From positions 94,364,001 to 94,428,000 of the forward strand of contig OX597817.1 of NCBI GenBank assembly GCA_951406725.2: a stretch of 64,000 nucleotides of DNA, read 5' to 3'. A program made the translations under genes and the position numbers. How positions within the stretch are numbered: position 1 is the stretch's first letter; each line of letters opens with the position of its first letter. This document shows positions 10,702-23,326 of this stretch, in pieces. The notes beneath the pieces are model-generated. The model was not told the DNA's origin. It ran no database searches and saw nothing but the letters and a program-made list of their open reading frames with translations. Source of the stretch: Octopus vulgaris (taxonomy: Eukaryota).

Positions 10702-13699
10702 CAGTGCTTTTCAACCTTTTTGCTGAAGCGGAACTCCAAGGAAACATTCCACTGGCTCGAGGAACCCCTGTGCAATAATTTAATTATCTTATGCAAAAAA
10801 CAGCATTTAATTAATGAAATTAAAATACTCATGTTCAGATTTATTTACAATAAAAACACAAACTGTAAAAAAATTGTCACGTACATATGCAATTTTATTC
10901 TTACATCTACAGTTATTATTAAAACATGTATTAAAAAGACTTTAGTTTGAATAGATTACATTTATTCTCATCAAAAACTCAATGAAATTCTTGAGCCTGG
11001 TGTTTCTTGCACAACTCTTTAAGATTGGGTCGTGTTTTTGATAGATACACATGAAGTTCATCTTCCACAGACAGCAATTGTGCTCGCTTCTTGTGCTTGA
11101 TAGTTGTTAGGGCTGAAAATCCAAATTCACACAAGTAGGAGGTTGAAAAGTGCACAAGAAGTCGCAGCGCTTTCTGGGAAATTGCAGGATATTCCTTTTC
11201 AACTAGCAACCAAAATGCATTCAGGTTAAGCTCAGAATGCTTCAACTTTAATGTTCTGTCATTTAAAAAATTGGCAAGTTCTTCTTCTGTTAAAGTGAAC
11301 TGTTCTTCAAATGGCTCAAATTCCACAAATGGATTTCTAATCCAGTCATACTGGTCAACAGATATCGATGGAAAATATTTGTCAAGATTTGTTAACAAAG
11401 TGTGCAAATGGTTCAAAATCAGTAGCGCAATTTCTTGACAATTCCTTTTAAAAACACTTGGAAACATTTCCAAATTTCCTGCAGCCATGCGTTTCTTTCA
11501 TATTGTCAATTTCTTCTGAAAAGCATTTATTTTGTCAGTAGAAGACCAAAATCTTTCGTTCCTGCCCTGCATGCCATTGTTCAAGAGGTTTAGCTCATGA
11601 AATATATCGGCAAGATATGCTAACTTGGAACACCAATGGTTATCACTCAAACATTCTACAAAGTCTTTCAGGTTTTCTTGCAAACAAAAGGTCAATAACT
11701 CCTCTTAATTCGTAAAAACGAGACAATACTTTTTCCCTTGACAACAATCGTATTTCTGTGTGCTGGATTAAGGTGGAATGGCCTGCTTCCATACCCACAC
11801 AACGTTTCGCAAACTGTCGACATTTAAGTGGCCTCATCTTGATGTAATTAACTATTATCACTACCATATCAAATCCAGATTTTAGTTCAGGTCCAAGAGT
11901 TTTAGCAACTAGTGCTTCTCTATGAATGAAACAATGAATATGGATAATATTTGGATTTTGTTTTTGTGCGATTGGGACAAAGCCTTTAAGACATCCTATC
12001 ATTGCAGGGGCACCATCTGTACAAATACCAACACAGTCTTTCCAGTTCAATCCACAATACTCTAAATATGAATTCGAAACATTCAAATACATCTTGTCCT
12101 TTTCTTGTTTCTGGCAACTCTTTGCAACACAGGAAGTCTTCTACAATAGCTTCATCATTAATAAAACGAACAAATACAAGGAGCTGTGCTTTACCAGTGA
12201 TGTCTGTACTCTCATCAACTTGAAGTGCAAACAACTTATGTTTCAGTATTTTTGACTTAATATTGCACTCAATGTCTCCTGATATGTCTTGAATGCGCCT
12301 ACTTATTATGTTGTCAGAAAGTGGAATTTTATTTAGCTCTGATACAGCATCCTCTCCAAACATTATCCTCACTATTTCCTGGCATGCAGGTAAAATTACA
12401 GTTTCAGCGATGGTATGAGATTTCATTTTTCTTGCAACTATCTCCGCCACAGCATAACTTGCTTCTTGTCCTTTGTCACTCAACTTGCACATTTTGGCAA
12501 ACATAGAAACTTGCCTTTTATTAAATGCCAATTCTTTTTTAAAATATTGTTCATTTTTGCCTGACAACTCTGGATGTTTAGTTGTTAAGTGTTGTTTCAG
12601 TTTGGCTGGTGCCATAGCACTATTAGCCAGCTTCTCCCCACAAACAGTACACAAAGGTGAAGGGCAGTCTGGGTTTCCAGTCCAAGTAAATCCCAGAGCT
12701 ATGTAGTTTTCACAATATTGACGAACTTTTAGTTGCAGGTTAATTCCATCATGTCTTGGTAATTTCGAAGAGGCAGCATCACTGGCAGTGGCTGCAGTTT
12801 CAACAGACTGCCTCAGACCCTGTCTATCTTCATCTGTATCTAACTTACGTTTTTTCAGAAATCTATCCATACTTGTAAGGCTGTAAGCAGAATTGTATAT
12901 ATATAAAAGCAAACCTAATAGTGGCAGGACAAAATGATCTTTTAAGTGTAGCGTGTTTAATGATGTAAAATTTAGCTTTTTTATTAATGTTTTTTTTTTA
13001 GTAATAGGTATTTCATTATACTTAAACAATATGCATATAATAATAAAATAGATTTTCGGATTTGAATTTAAAATGTCGTGTATTTGTTCATTGTTCTAAT
13101 TTAGAAATTTGTAAGGAATTAATATTTATGCATATTTACATATCTTATTAGTATCAGTTTCCCTATTTCTTATTTTTTCCTACATATGTAATTCAACTCT
13201 CTTTCGAATTTTTTAATCTTAGCATTTCACCAAATATTAATAGATGTCATACAAGAAAATTTTTTTACAAAAACGCCTTTTAAAAAGCTAAAGATATTTT
13301 AAGAGGCGGATTAACAACACCTAAATGTCTTACGCAGTTAAAATGTTTCTTCCAAATATAGTCACTCGTATTTTACAAAAGAAACTAAACCATCATCTAA
13401 GCTAGCATGCAACTCGTAGATGTGCACGTACATGTACACACCAAGGATTAGGGTCATCTACGCTGGCGTGTAACTCGTAGTTGTACATGTCGTAGGCCTG
13501 CATATACACACCAAGGATCAGGGTCATCTACGCTGGCGTGAAAATCGTAGATGTACACATAGGCCTAACGTGTACACACATATCTGCACAGGAGAATTAA
13601 AAATTACTGTCGACTTTAGCATTTATGTAACTTCTTGCGGAACCCCTGGACTGTACTGGTGGAACCCTAAGGCCGCGGAACCCTGGTTGAAAACCACTG
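10702..13699 (-). mobile_element. Full-length hAT transposon, Buster/Charlie/SPIN group
   Basis: TIRs CAGTG(C/G)TTTTCAACC (14/15 match). 8 bp TSD ATATATAT/GTTTATAT with central TA. Repeated subterminal GGAACCC motifs; ~70 bp tandem repeat at ~13440-13555. Confidence 0.93.
10979..12870 (-). pseudogene. Buster-type hAT transposase pseudogene (BED finger, DDE, hATC); a few frameshifts
   Basis: MDRFLKKRK start; CTVCGEKL..SAM.P.KL..HL..KH BED finger; ALQVDESTD; CTDGAPAM.G; HCFIHREAL; KLAYLADIF; FSTSYLCEFGFS; ends HQAQEFH*. Split across four ORFs. Confidence 0.92.
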
Positions 13700-13926
13700 G
13701 TTTATATACTCGATATATATACACATACATATATACAGATGTACATACACATGTAAAATAAATAAGTAAACAGAGGGAGACGTAGAGAGATAAGCAATGA
13801 AAAAGAAATACAAATAAAAACACAGATCAATTCATAACAACACATAAGTTGAAACAAAAGCTCTCAAATGGCTTAATCGATAGTTAGAGAATGAGGGAGG
13901 TGAAAGAGAATGTGTGAGCGCGAGAA

Positions 13927-13992
<66 letters not shown>

Positions 13993-14340
13993 GGTAAGGG
14001 GAGAGTGACGATAGCTTATAAATGAAGTTCCATAGCAACATGCCTTTCTAGTTTACCAATAAGCAGGTCACATACTTCCATTACAAAAGTAATTACTTAC
14101 TCTAAATTTTACTTTCACACACTTTTAGACATCTGTTTGATTCTCATTTTCTTTATTGTTCCCGTTTTGCTTTCCATTCTTTCCAACCTCTCTATATGTA
14201 AGCAAGCAATATCTGCACGCTGACATACATATATACATACGAACAAACACACACCCACACACCCACACCCACACACACACACACACTTATGTATATGTGT
14301 ATGCTTGCGTGTATATGTATATGCATGATATATGTTCATA

Positions 14341-14429
<89 letters not shown>

Positions 14430-14748
14430 GTATGTATTATGTATGTACGCATGTTTGTATGTATATCGCACACAAATGCAAAGGCATATATATGAATCAG
14501 GCGATCTATTTGAATTAGAAATGATAGATCACATTGATTTTATGCACGCGAGTATGTGTGTGTTTTCGGGGAGTGTGTGTGGATGTGTGTGGATTTGTGT
14601 GTGTCTTTTATATATTGTTTATATTCTCATCGTCTTTGATATGATTAATTCACTGTCTCATATTCCAATTATTTGCTTCAGCTCTCTCGCTCTCATCTTC
14701 CCATACCTCGACATAATCATTAATTGAAGGTATATCTAGATATCTCTG

Positions 14749-14804
<56 letters not shown>

Positions 14805-15063
14805 ACCTGCATATATTTATATGTATGAATACAAACATACATACATACACATAAACATACATACAAACATACATACACGCATACATATATGCATACATGC
14901 ATATATACGTGCATTCGTACACGCTTTCGCGCGTGCGCCCACCTGCACACACACACACACACATGTAACTTCGAGCTGCGCGGACTATACCGAACTGGCT
15001 TGGTATCTCCATTTAAATACCTAATTCAACTAAATCTTAATTATTTCCAGATATATTTCTTTT

Positions 15064-15280
15064 CTTTTACTTGTTTCAGTCATTTGACTGCGGCCATGCT
15101 AGACCATCACCTTTACTCGAACACATCGACTTATTCTCAGAACTTATTCTTTGTAAGTCTAGTACTTATTCTATCGTTCTCTTTTGTCGAACCGCTAAGT
15201 TACGGGGACGTAAACACTTCAGCATAGGTTATCAAGTGATGTTGGGGGACAAACACAGATATACAAACTATATGCATATA

Positions 15281-15341
<61 letters not shown>

Positions 15342-15592
15342 GGGAGGCGCAATGGCCCAGTGGTTAGACCAGGCCTTGTGAGTGTTTATTGAGCGAAAAC
15401 ACCTAAAGCTCCACGAGGCTCCAGCAGGGGATGGTGGCGATCCCTGCTGTACTCTTTCGCCACAACTTTCTCTCACTCTTCTGTTGGCCTGCTCGCTTAG
15501 CCAGCGGGGTGGCGTCATTTGAAGGCTAAAACAATGCGAAGCGCATTGTGACCAGCGATATGTAGAAACATTTGATAGCCAGGTCGGTCACG

Positions 15593-15635
<43 letters not shown>

Positions 15636-15795
15636 CAGGCTTCTTTCAGTTTCTCTCTACCAAATCCACTCAGAAGGCTTTGGTCGGCCCGAGGCTATAT
15701 TAGAAAATATTTGCCCAAGGTGCCACACATTGGGCCTGAACTAGAAACCATGTGGTTAGTGAGCAAGTTACTTACACACAGCCACTCTTGCGCCT
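15064..15795 (-). mobile_element. SINE family A (tRNA-like head, CTTGGGCAA CORE-like motif, internal microsatellite, conserved tail) with a nested SINE
   Basis: Tail at 15064-15260 and head at 15634-15795 match the contiguous copy at 59836-60238. The internal (TA)n contains a different SINE. Confidence 0.8.
15343..15596 (+). mobile_element. tRNA-derived SINE (family B head, alternative tail), B box deleted
   Basis: GGAGGCGCAATGGCCCAGTGGTTAG and the following ~120 nt match 22237-22420; the 3' part differs. Flanked by (TA)n. Confidence 0.8.
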
Positions 15796-16231
15796 ATATA
15801 TGACAAAGTGTTTAGAAAATCTGTATAAGAGATGAAAGTAGTAGCAATTTAGAGTGATAAGGTTTGTCACCACTTCAAACTTGGCTGTTCCATACGAATC
15901 GGACGTTACAACCGTCGTTAACCACAAGAGGATGCCTCCTCCAGCTGGTTACGGATGCAATCTGTACCCGATATACATTGCCGCTTAGGCATTGCGAGAT
16001 TAATAACCAAGTAGAGGACTCAATATACATATATATAGTATAGAATGAAGCGTTAGTCGAGTACACAACAGTAATTAAGCAGAGCCCCGAATATGAAGTG
16101 CACTTCTTATTGCAGATTCCGATGTTACTCAAGCGCTCAACTATGAATTCACTGTATCCTATAACAGAAACAGCTGTAAGATAATGAAGTTCATAAGATA
16201 ATCGTTTCTTCGTTTTATTCCTCTTATTTTC

Positions 16232-16381
<150 letters not shown>

Positions 16382-16525
16382 AACCATTGGTAGTATATTA
16401 GTCGACAAATAAAAAAATGTTTCCACGTAATGCATTGTTGAGCACTCATTCTCAGTCGTTTGTCGCCATTTTGGATATTAGCATATGTGTGTGCGTACAT
16501 ATATATATTATTTCATTCTGTTATT

Positions 16526-16897
16526 GCTTTACTTGTTTCAGCCATATGATAGCGACCATGCTGGAGCACCACATTAAAAGATTTTTTTTAGTCGAAGAAA
16601 TCGACCCCAGGACTTTTTTCTTTGTAAGCTTAGTACTAACTCTATCTGTTTCTTTGCCGACCAGCTAAGTTACGGGGACGTAAACAAACCAACATCGGTT
16701 GTCAGGCGACGGAGGGGGGACAAACATAGACACAATGAGACATAGACTCATAAATATATATATACATGCACATATATATCTACCCACAAGGCTTTGGTCG
16801 GTCCCAAAACTATAGTACAAGATGCCACGCAGTGGGACTGAACCAGGGACCATGTGGTTTGGAAGCAAGCTTCTTACCACCCAGCCACGTCTGTGCC
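16526..16897 (-). mobile_element. SINE family A copy
   Basis: Matches head and tail of 59836-60238, with an internal deletion. Confidence 0.8.
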
Positions 16898-16943
16898 TAT
16901 ACATTCATACATACATACATACATACATACATACATACATACA

Positions 16944-17009
<66 letters not shown>

Positions 17010-17015
17010 CACACC

Positions 17016-17059
<44 letters not shown>

Positions 17060-17740
17060 CAGGGTGCGATGGGTAAATTGCTGTGATTTTATATTTTTTA
17101 ATTTCATGCATACGCATTGTTTGTTTTTGAGTTTGTCTACTACACATTATAGTAGGGTCAGTTGGGCACTGTCTTTGAGAAAAACAACACCATGACGCAA
17201 TTCACTCGAGCATAAATTTGGAAACGCTATTCTGTACTGCTTGACATTCGCACCGGGAACAATACGACAATACGAATAGAAGTTGAACACACAGAACAAC
17301 CGTTGGTTTCCCGTGTTGCGCAAAATATGTACCTTGAGTGATAAAAATCAAGCATCCAATCATCATTATGGTGTTTGGAGTGAACACTAGTGATGGCGAC
17401 GCTATGCCTCCATTCATCTTCCCACACAGCCTCAGACTTAATATGGAGGCCTGCATCAAGTGCCTGGAGGAGGTAGTGTTACCCTGGGTCAAGAGGGTGG
17501 CTGCTGGAAGTGCCTATGTCTGGCAACAGGACTCTACATCATGCCACACATGCAGGAGAACCCAGTCATTGCTGTCAGACAATTTCTGCGACCACATCAC
17601 TTCTAACATCTGGCCACCTAACTCCCCAGACATAATAATCAAGGGGGTAGCAAAGTGAAAAACCAACAAAACTCCTTGTAACACCAAAGATGAACTGAAG
17701 GCAAAGATTATGGAAGCATTCACCGACCATGTTGGATAAG
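17060..17740 (+). mobile_element. Tc1/mariner maT (DD37D-like) remnant
   Basis: TA-CAGGGTG TIR-like start; KHP..IMVFG...SDG..MPPFIF, YVWQQDST.CH, WPPNSPD. Confidence 0.7.
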
Positions 17741-17779
17741 CTGAAAGTGCAACACACAGCTCGAAATTCCACCAAACAC

Positions 17780-18418
17780 ACAACATGAACTTCTGTTGAC
17801 ACTGTCCTTGTTTGACTACAGGTTCTGAAGACTGGCCAGAACGAAGACACTGACTCCTCTGATTAGGATTACAAAAATAGATCCAGCTTTCATTCCCAGT
17901 TACAATACGATGGCAAAAACAGGCATCTCGAGAATTTGACAGCAGTTATTTGCAAATGTTCACACGTAGTTGAGCCTGGTCATTGGTTACAATATGATAG
18001 CACCTGTTCACAAGGCTGAGCTTATGGAGGTGTCGATTGATGGTGCTTTGAGTAGGACCAAGTTCTATCGACAATGTACGAGTATTTGTGCTTATGTTCA
18101 ACCATTTCAAGGCCTCATTTCGACAACAGGTCTCTCTGACCTTGGTCTGTCTTCAAGGTTGGTGTCACCTTCCTTGATACACCTGAGCCAGTTTTTTGTC
18201 ACACGTTCGTTAATAGTTCCTGGGTCTTCCACATCAGTATTTTTATTTTGCCGCTGCCATTGCACTCAGTTCTTTTTTCTTCAGCAGTTTAAAATGGCCC
18301 TAATTGCAATTTCTTCACCACTCATTATCAAAGCTGTAAAATAAAGAATAAATGTTTATATGTTATATATGAAAATAAGGAATAAAATTAAAAAAAACAA
18401 CTTTTGACTCAACTTGAT
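17780..18418 (-). mobile_element. Mariner 5' remnant
   Basis: Minus-strand TA-TCAAGTTGAGTCAAAA TIR-like end; translation includes EIAIRAI and EGDTNLEDRPRSERP (EDxPRSGRP-type linker). Confidence 0.55.
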
Positions 18419-18552
18419 ATATCGGGTCGGTCATTAAAAAGCACAAGCAACCGGGGTGTGTGTTTATTATTATCATAATGACAACCTCTCCAACAGGAAT
18501 ACAGCAAATTCTGTTTCAACACACCAGTTCTCATTAAGGATCCTGTAACCAA

Positions 18553-18587
<35 letters not shown>

Positions 18588-18594
18588 TCCACTT

Positions 18595-18688
18595 CGAGGC
18601 ACCTTGGGCAAGTGTCTTCTACTATGGCATCGAGCTGACCAAAGCCTTGTGAGTAAATTGTGTAGACGGAAACTGAAAGATGCCCATC

Positions 18689-18787
<99 letters not shown>

Positions 18788-19030
18788 CGTGTGTTTGTAT
18801 GTGTGTGTGTATATGTGTGTGATGTGTATATATGTTTGTGTGTCTGTGTTTGTCCCTCTAACAACGTTTGACAACCGACACAAGTGTCTTTATGTCCTCG
18901 TGACCTAGCGGTTCGGCAAAAGAGATCGATAGAATAAGTACTAGGCTTACAAAGAATAAGCCCTGCGGTCAATTTGCTCGACTAAAGGCGGTGCTCCAGC
19001 ATAGCCGCAGTCAAATGGCTGAAACAAGTC
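18595..19030 (+). mobile_element. SINE family A copy, 5' truncated, internal (TA)n(TG)n
   Basis: CACCTTGGGCAAGTGTCTTCTACTAT...GACGGAAACTGAAAGA, microsatellite, then tail ending GGCCGCAGTCAAATG-like...GAAACAAGT. Confidence 0.85.
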
Positions 19031-19383
19031 GAAAGGCACCCGTTGTTATGTCCTGTTATTATTTTCATTGTATTTTTTAATTGTATTTATATTTGTGTAA
19101 CGTTGTCCATTTTTTTCGTCCCTGTTTTCGTATACATTCACTGCTTTATTTCAAGGAATCTAATGCTCTTAGCTTAGTTTTTCCTTGGGGCTGGCCAGAT
19201 TGAAGCAATCTCAAGAATAATCAGCTGAAATTGCTAGGATAATCTGGTGCTTGACTGAGGAAAGGAAACTTCGAGTGACCCGTCCTTGTTTCCTTGTATC
19301 GTCTATCTGGATGTTTTGCTGTCCCTTTTTGTATCACCTAGTTGTCCGGATGTTTTGCGTTCTTGTCCCATTTTCCATTATAA

Positions 19384-19417
<34 letters not shown>

Positions 19418-19488
19418 ATATATATATTTATATACATACATACATACATACATACATACATACATACATACATACATACATACATACA

Positions 19489-19524
<36 letters not shown>

Positions 19525-19587
19525 TACTAAAAATTTCATCAAAAGTGGCAGCATATTAAAATACCTTTAAAGGTTAAAATTGCAAAC

Positions 19588-19832
19588 AACTTATAAACAA
19601 GGGCAAAGGAAAAATTATTTCCATGCCAATATGCTGAGAACAGACTTTAAATTGTCAATTTCCACATTTCATTATACATTCACTTTAAATACATGTCGTG
19701 CTGACGTGTATTTAAAGTGTACGGCGCGTATTTAAAGTGAATGTATAATGAAATGTGGAAATTGACGATTTAAAGTCTGTTCTCAGCATATTGGCATGAA
19801 AATAATTTTTCTTTTGCCCCTGTTTATAAGTT
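19588..19832. repeat. Fold-back inverted repeat, ~105 bp arms
   Basis: 19588-19692 is the near-perfect reverse complement of 19728-19832; ends in (TA)n. Confidence 0.9.
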
Positions 19833-19950
19833 TTATATATATATATATATATAACGGGAAGCTTTATGAAAATAGACAAAAGACGAAGGCAGGTGGGAAA
19901 CAAACAAACAATTGTATTAGTATGGCGCTCAGGAAATACTAATACTCAGG

Positions 19951-19991
<41 letters not shown>

Positions 19992-20057
19992 CATACATAC
20001 ATACATACATACATACATACATACATACATACATACATACATACATACATACATAAA

Positions 20058-20183
20058 GATAACATTTTATTAAAAAAATTTATCAGTGACCAGCATATGA
20101 AAAATACCTTATTTATAATTTTCACCTTAAAAGGTCTTTTGCATATGCTGGCCACTGATAAAATTTCTTAATAAAATGTTATC
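20058..20183. repeat. Fold-back inverted repeat, ~53 bp arms
   Basis: GATAACATTTTATTAA..TTTATCAGTGACCAGCATATG versus CATATGCTGGCCACTGATAAA..TTAATAAAATGTTATC. Confidence 0.85.
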
Positions 20184-20384
20184 CTTATATTAGTAGTAAA
20201 TTAATTCTCATTCACTACAGGACTGGTTAACCACTTGTGTGCTTTTCCTTACCGACTACACTTGTGTTGAGGCTTGCTACGGAATTTTTATTTGAATATA
20301 TTAGAGGTTTTTAAATGTATTCATGACTTTGCATCAGCTTTTCCGTAGGTATGTTTAAATATTTCATTTATTTTCCTTCCGTGT

Positions 20385-20443
20385 TCCTCGCTGAAGGAAT
20401 AATCCTTTTGGGATTAATCCAGAAATCGGAACCGATTCGAGGA
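20385..20443 (+). ncRNA. Type I hammerhead ribozyme motif, core probably damaged
   Basis: UCCUCG-CUGAAGG-AAUAAUCC-uuuug-GGAUUAAUCC-a-GAAA-UCGG-aa-CCGA-UU-CGAGGA. All three helices pair; the core looks like CUGAUGAAGGAAU (as at 1440) with a 3 nt deletion. Confidence 0.7.
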
Positions 20444-21740
20444 TAACCATATTTTTATGAATTTCTGCTTGTTTGCTTTCCTCGTTTCGACAAGTGTTGT
20501 AATTGTATAAGTGAATATTTTATGCGGTTAGACGAGTTGGCGTCTATTTTTCAACATATTGGCAAAGAAACTTTTTCCTTTGATCTGATATGTAATTATA
20601 TTTATACATACATACATACATACATACATACATACATACATACATACATACATACATACATACATACATACAACCATGTATTCAAAGTTTCTGAACGAAA
20701 ATTATAGGAGTACTCAATACATAATGTAGAGTGTATTGTTATTTGAAACTATGCATTTTCTTGCGATCTGAGTTTTCGTGACTAGGATCATTCAGTCGAT
20801 ATTTTTCTTTGACAATCAATCATTCATCTAATCTTTCCTTCTCTTTACACCTCAATCCTCACCTTTTTTCTTTCTATACATCTGTCATTCTCTTTTATAT
20901 CTTCTTTTCCAAATGTTTTTGCGGTTCTTTCTTTTCTTCTCTTCTTTATTTCTTTGCTTCTGTCTTTCTTTCCCGCCTTACCACTCTTCATTCTTTCTTT
21001 CATCATCATATGGTATAGTCTTCTTTCAACCTTTCTACTTTAATTCCTCCTCCTCTCTCCCTCCCTCCTTCCTTCCATCCCTCTGTCTTTCTCTCTTCCT
21101 CTCCCTTTCTCCCCCTCTCTCCCCCTCTCCCCTTTTGTACTAGCCTTTTATTTCCTATCAACAATTCTAGAAGAAATAGAACTAAATCACATTCACATCC
21201 TCAATGAAATGGCAATTTCTTTCATTTTAGTAAATTTCCGGTCATTAAGCAAAATCTAATCCGACTAACATGCTTCTTCTGTACTCCAGTTTCCTCTCCC
21301 ACTTACCCTTCTGCCTCCACAATGTCTTTCTCACCTCCTCTGCCTCCACAATGTCTTCCATTGCTTCTACTGCCTCCACTGTCCTCCACGCTCTCTGTGC
21401 CTTCACACTCTCCATTGTCTCCACTACCTTCTACCACTTCCTCTTCCATTGCCTCCATTGAATTTTCTGCCTCAGCGACTCCGACAGTTTCTAGGAGGGG
21501 GAGTTGCGTGACGAAGAGGGAGTTGCGTGACATAAAGAGAATTGTGTGATGGAGAAGGAGTTACATATACAGCATTAATTTGCCGCTTTTTTCTTTTTGC
21601 ATAATCATCTCAATTTTATTTCTATATCGAAGTCATTTCAATAGTAGAACTTCTTCTCTACCTACCTACCTACCTACCTACCTCCTACTCTCTCTCTTAC
21701 TCTCTCTCTCTCTCTCTATCTGCCTGCATGCCTGTATGTC

Positions 21741-21788
<48 letters not shown>

Positions 21789-21982
21789 CCTCCCTTCTCT
21801 CTCTGTCTCTCTCTCTCTCTGTCTGCCTGCCTCCCCCTCTCTCTTTTTCTATTTATATATGTATGTACGTATGCATATACACATATATATATGCATGTAT
21901 GTATGTGTGCGTATGCATAAACACGTACATATTTATGCACATATTTGTTCAATTTTCTCTTTCCATGTGAATGTGTGTGTGT

Positions 21983-22037
<55 letters not shown>

Positions 22038-22236
22038 TATTTAGCAAAGGATAGTTGTCATTTCCCAATCAATGGATCAATGTTCCTTAAATCATCATTA
22101 CGTTGTTGTACGGATTTGATAAAGTAAAAGTTTATGAAAATTCAATGGCAAAGCAATGATGACACTGTATGTGTGTTTGTGAGTGCGTGCGTGTATGGGG
22201 GAATGTGCGTATGTCTCTGTGTGAGTATGTATGGAT

Positions 22237-22617
22237 GGAGGCGCAATGGCCCAGTGGTTAGGGCAGCGGACTCGCGGTCGTAGGATCGCGGTTTCGATTC
22301 CCAGACCGGGCATTGTGAGTGTTTATTGAGCAAAAACACCTAAAGCTTCACAAGGCTCCTGCAGGGGGTGGTGGTGAACCCTGCTGTACTCTTTCACCAC
22401 AACTTTCTCTCACTCTTTCTTCCTGTTTCTGTTGTACCTGTATTTCAAAGGGCCAGCTTTGTCACACTTTGTGTCACGCTGAATCTCCTCGAGAACTACG
22501 TTAAGGGTACACGTGTCTGTGGAGTGCTCAGCCACTTGCATGTTAATTCCACGAGCAAGCTGTTCCGTTGATCGTATCAGCTGGGACCCTCATCGTCGTA
22601 ACTGACGGAGTGCTCCA
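22237..22617 (+). mobile_element. tRNA-derived SINE (family B, tRNA-Arg-like head)
   Basis: A box TGGCCCAGTGG, B box GTTTCGATTCC, tRNA-like head followed by a unique body; flanked by TG/TATG repeats. Resembles the octopus OR-type SINEs (inference). Confidence 0.85.
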
Positions 22618-23300
22618 AGATGTGTGGATGTGTATATGCATGTGTGCATGAGTGTATGCATGTTCGTAATGACTGAATTGCAGCACAATGTATGTGGTAT
22701 GTCTTTGTGTGTACGTGTATGTGTGTTAATGTTTGAGTGTTTATGTATTTATGTATATATATGTATGTATGCGTATATGTGTACATATGTGAGAATATAT
22801 GTGCAAGTATCCGTGTATGCGTATGTGGCTATGCGTGTATAAGTGTTTATACCTATGTGTGCTTGATATGTTTCCGTTTATAGATGAAGTGTATATACAT
22901 ATGCCGAATTTGTATACGTATTTATATATGTAGATACATATATGTGTATCTGATGTGTATACGTTTGGGTTCATGTGCGTATACGCTTGTAGATGTAAGG
23001 ACACGTATGCATATATGTGTATGTCAGTATGCGTATGCATATGTGTAAGAGATAGCAAGAAAGAGGAGAGAGTTGCACCGGGGTTATTTTTAATATTCTC
23101 TATCTAATCTTTTATAATTAATTACTCTAAATCATAATTAAACACTTATTTACAAATACAACAACTGAACTGACTGATTCTTAGTTCCATTAAAGAAAGA
23201 AGAGCAAACATAATATCTTAAAATACTTCAAATGAATTATTTTACTGTTATTTTATCGGATTTGGGGAAAAAAATCGTTTTCTTTTTTATTTTTTTGTAG

Positions 23301-23326
23301 CTTCGTCTCCGACGAAGATATTGCGA
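23301..23326 (+). other. Candidate host micro-exon
   Basis: Strong acceptor TTTCTTTTTTATTTTTTTGTAG, 26 nt CpG-containing non-repeat body, consensus donor GTGAGT. Confidence 0.35.

Noticed and set aside
13400-13570. Repeat-spacer pattern suggestive of CRISPR
   Set aside because: Only 2-3 tandem ~70 bp units inside a hAT subterminal region; eukaryotic context, no cas genes.
16138-16185. GAAACAGCTGTAAGAT, identical to an HHR 3' half
   Set aside because: The upstream core is only CTATGA and helices I and II do not pair; possibly a decayed HHR but not supportable.
21270-21549. Acidic or Ser/Pro-rich short ORFs
   Set aside because: CT-rich low-complexity sequence without clear splice signals or recognisable domains.
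22237-22312. tRNA gene
   Set aside because: The tRNA-like head lacks a proper acceptor stem and runs into a repeated SINE body.
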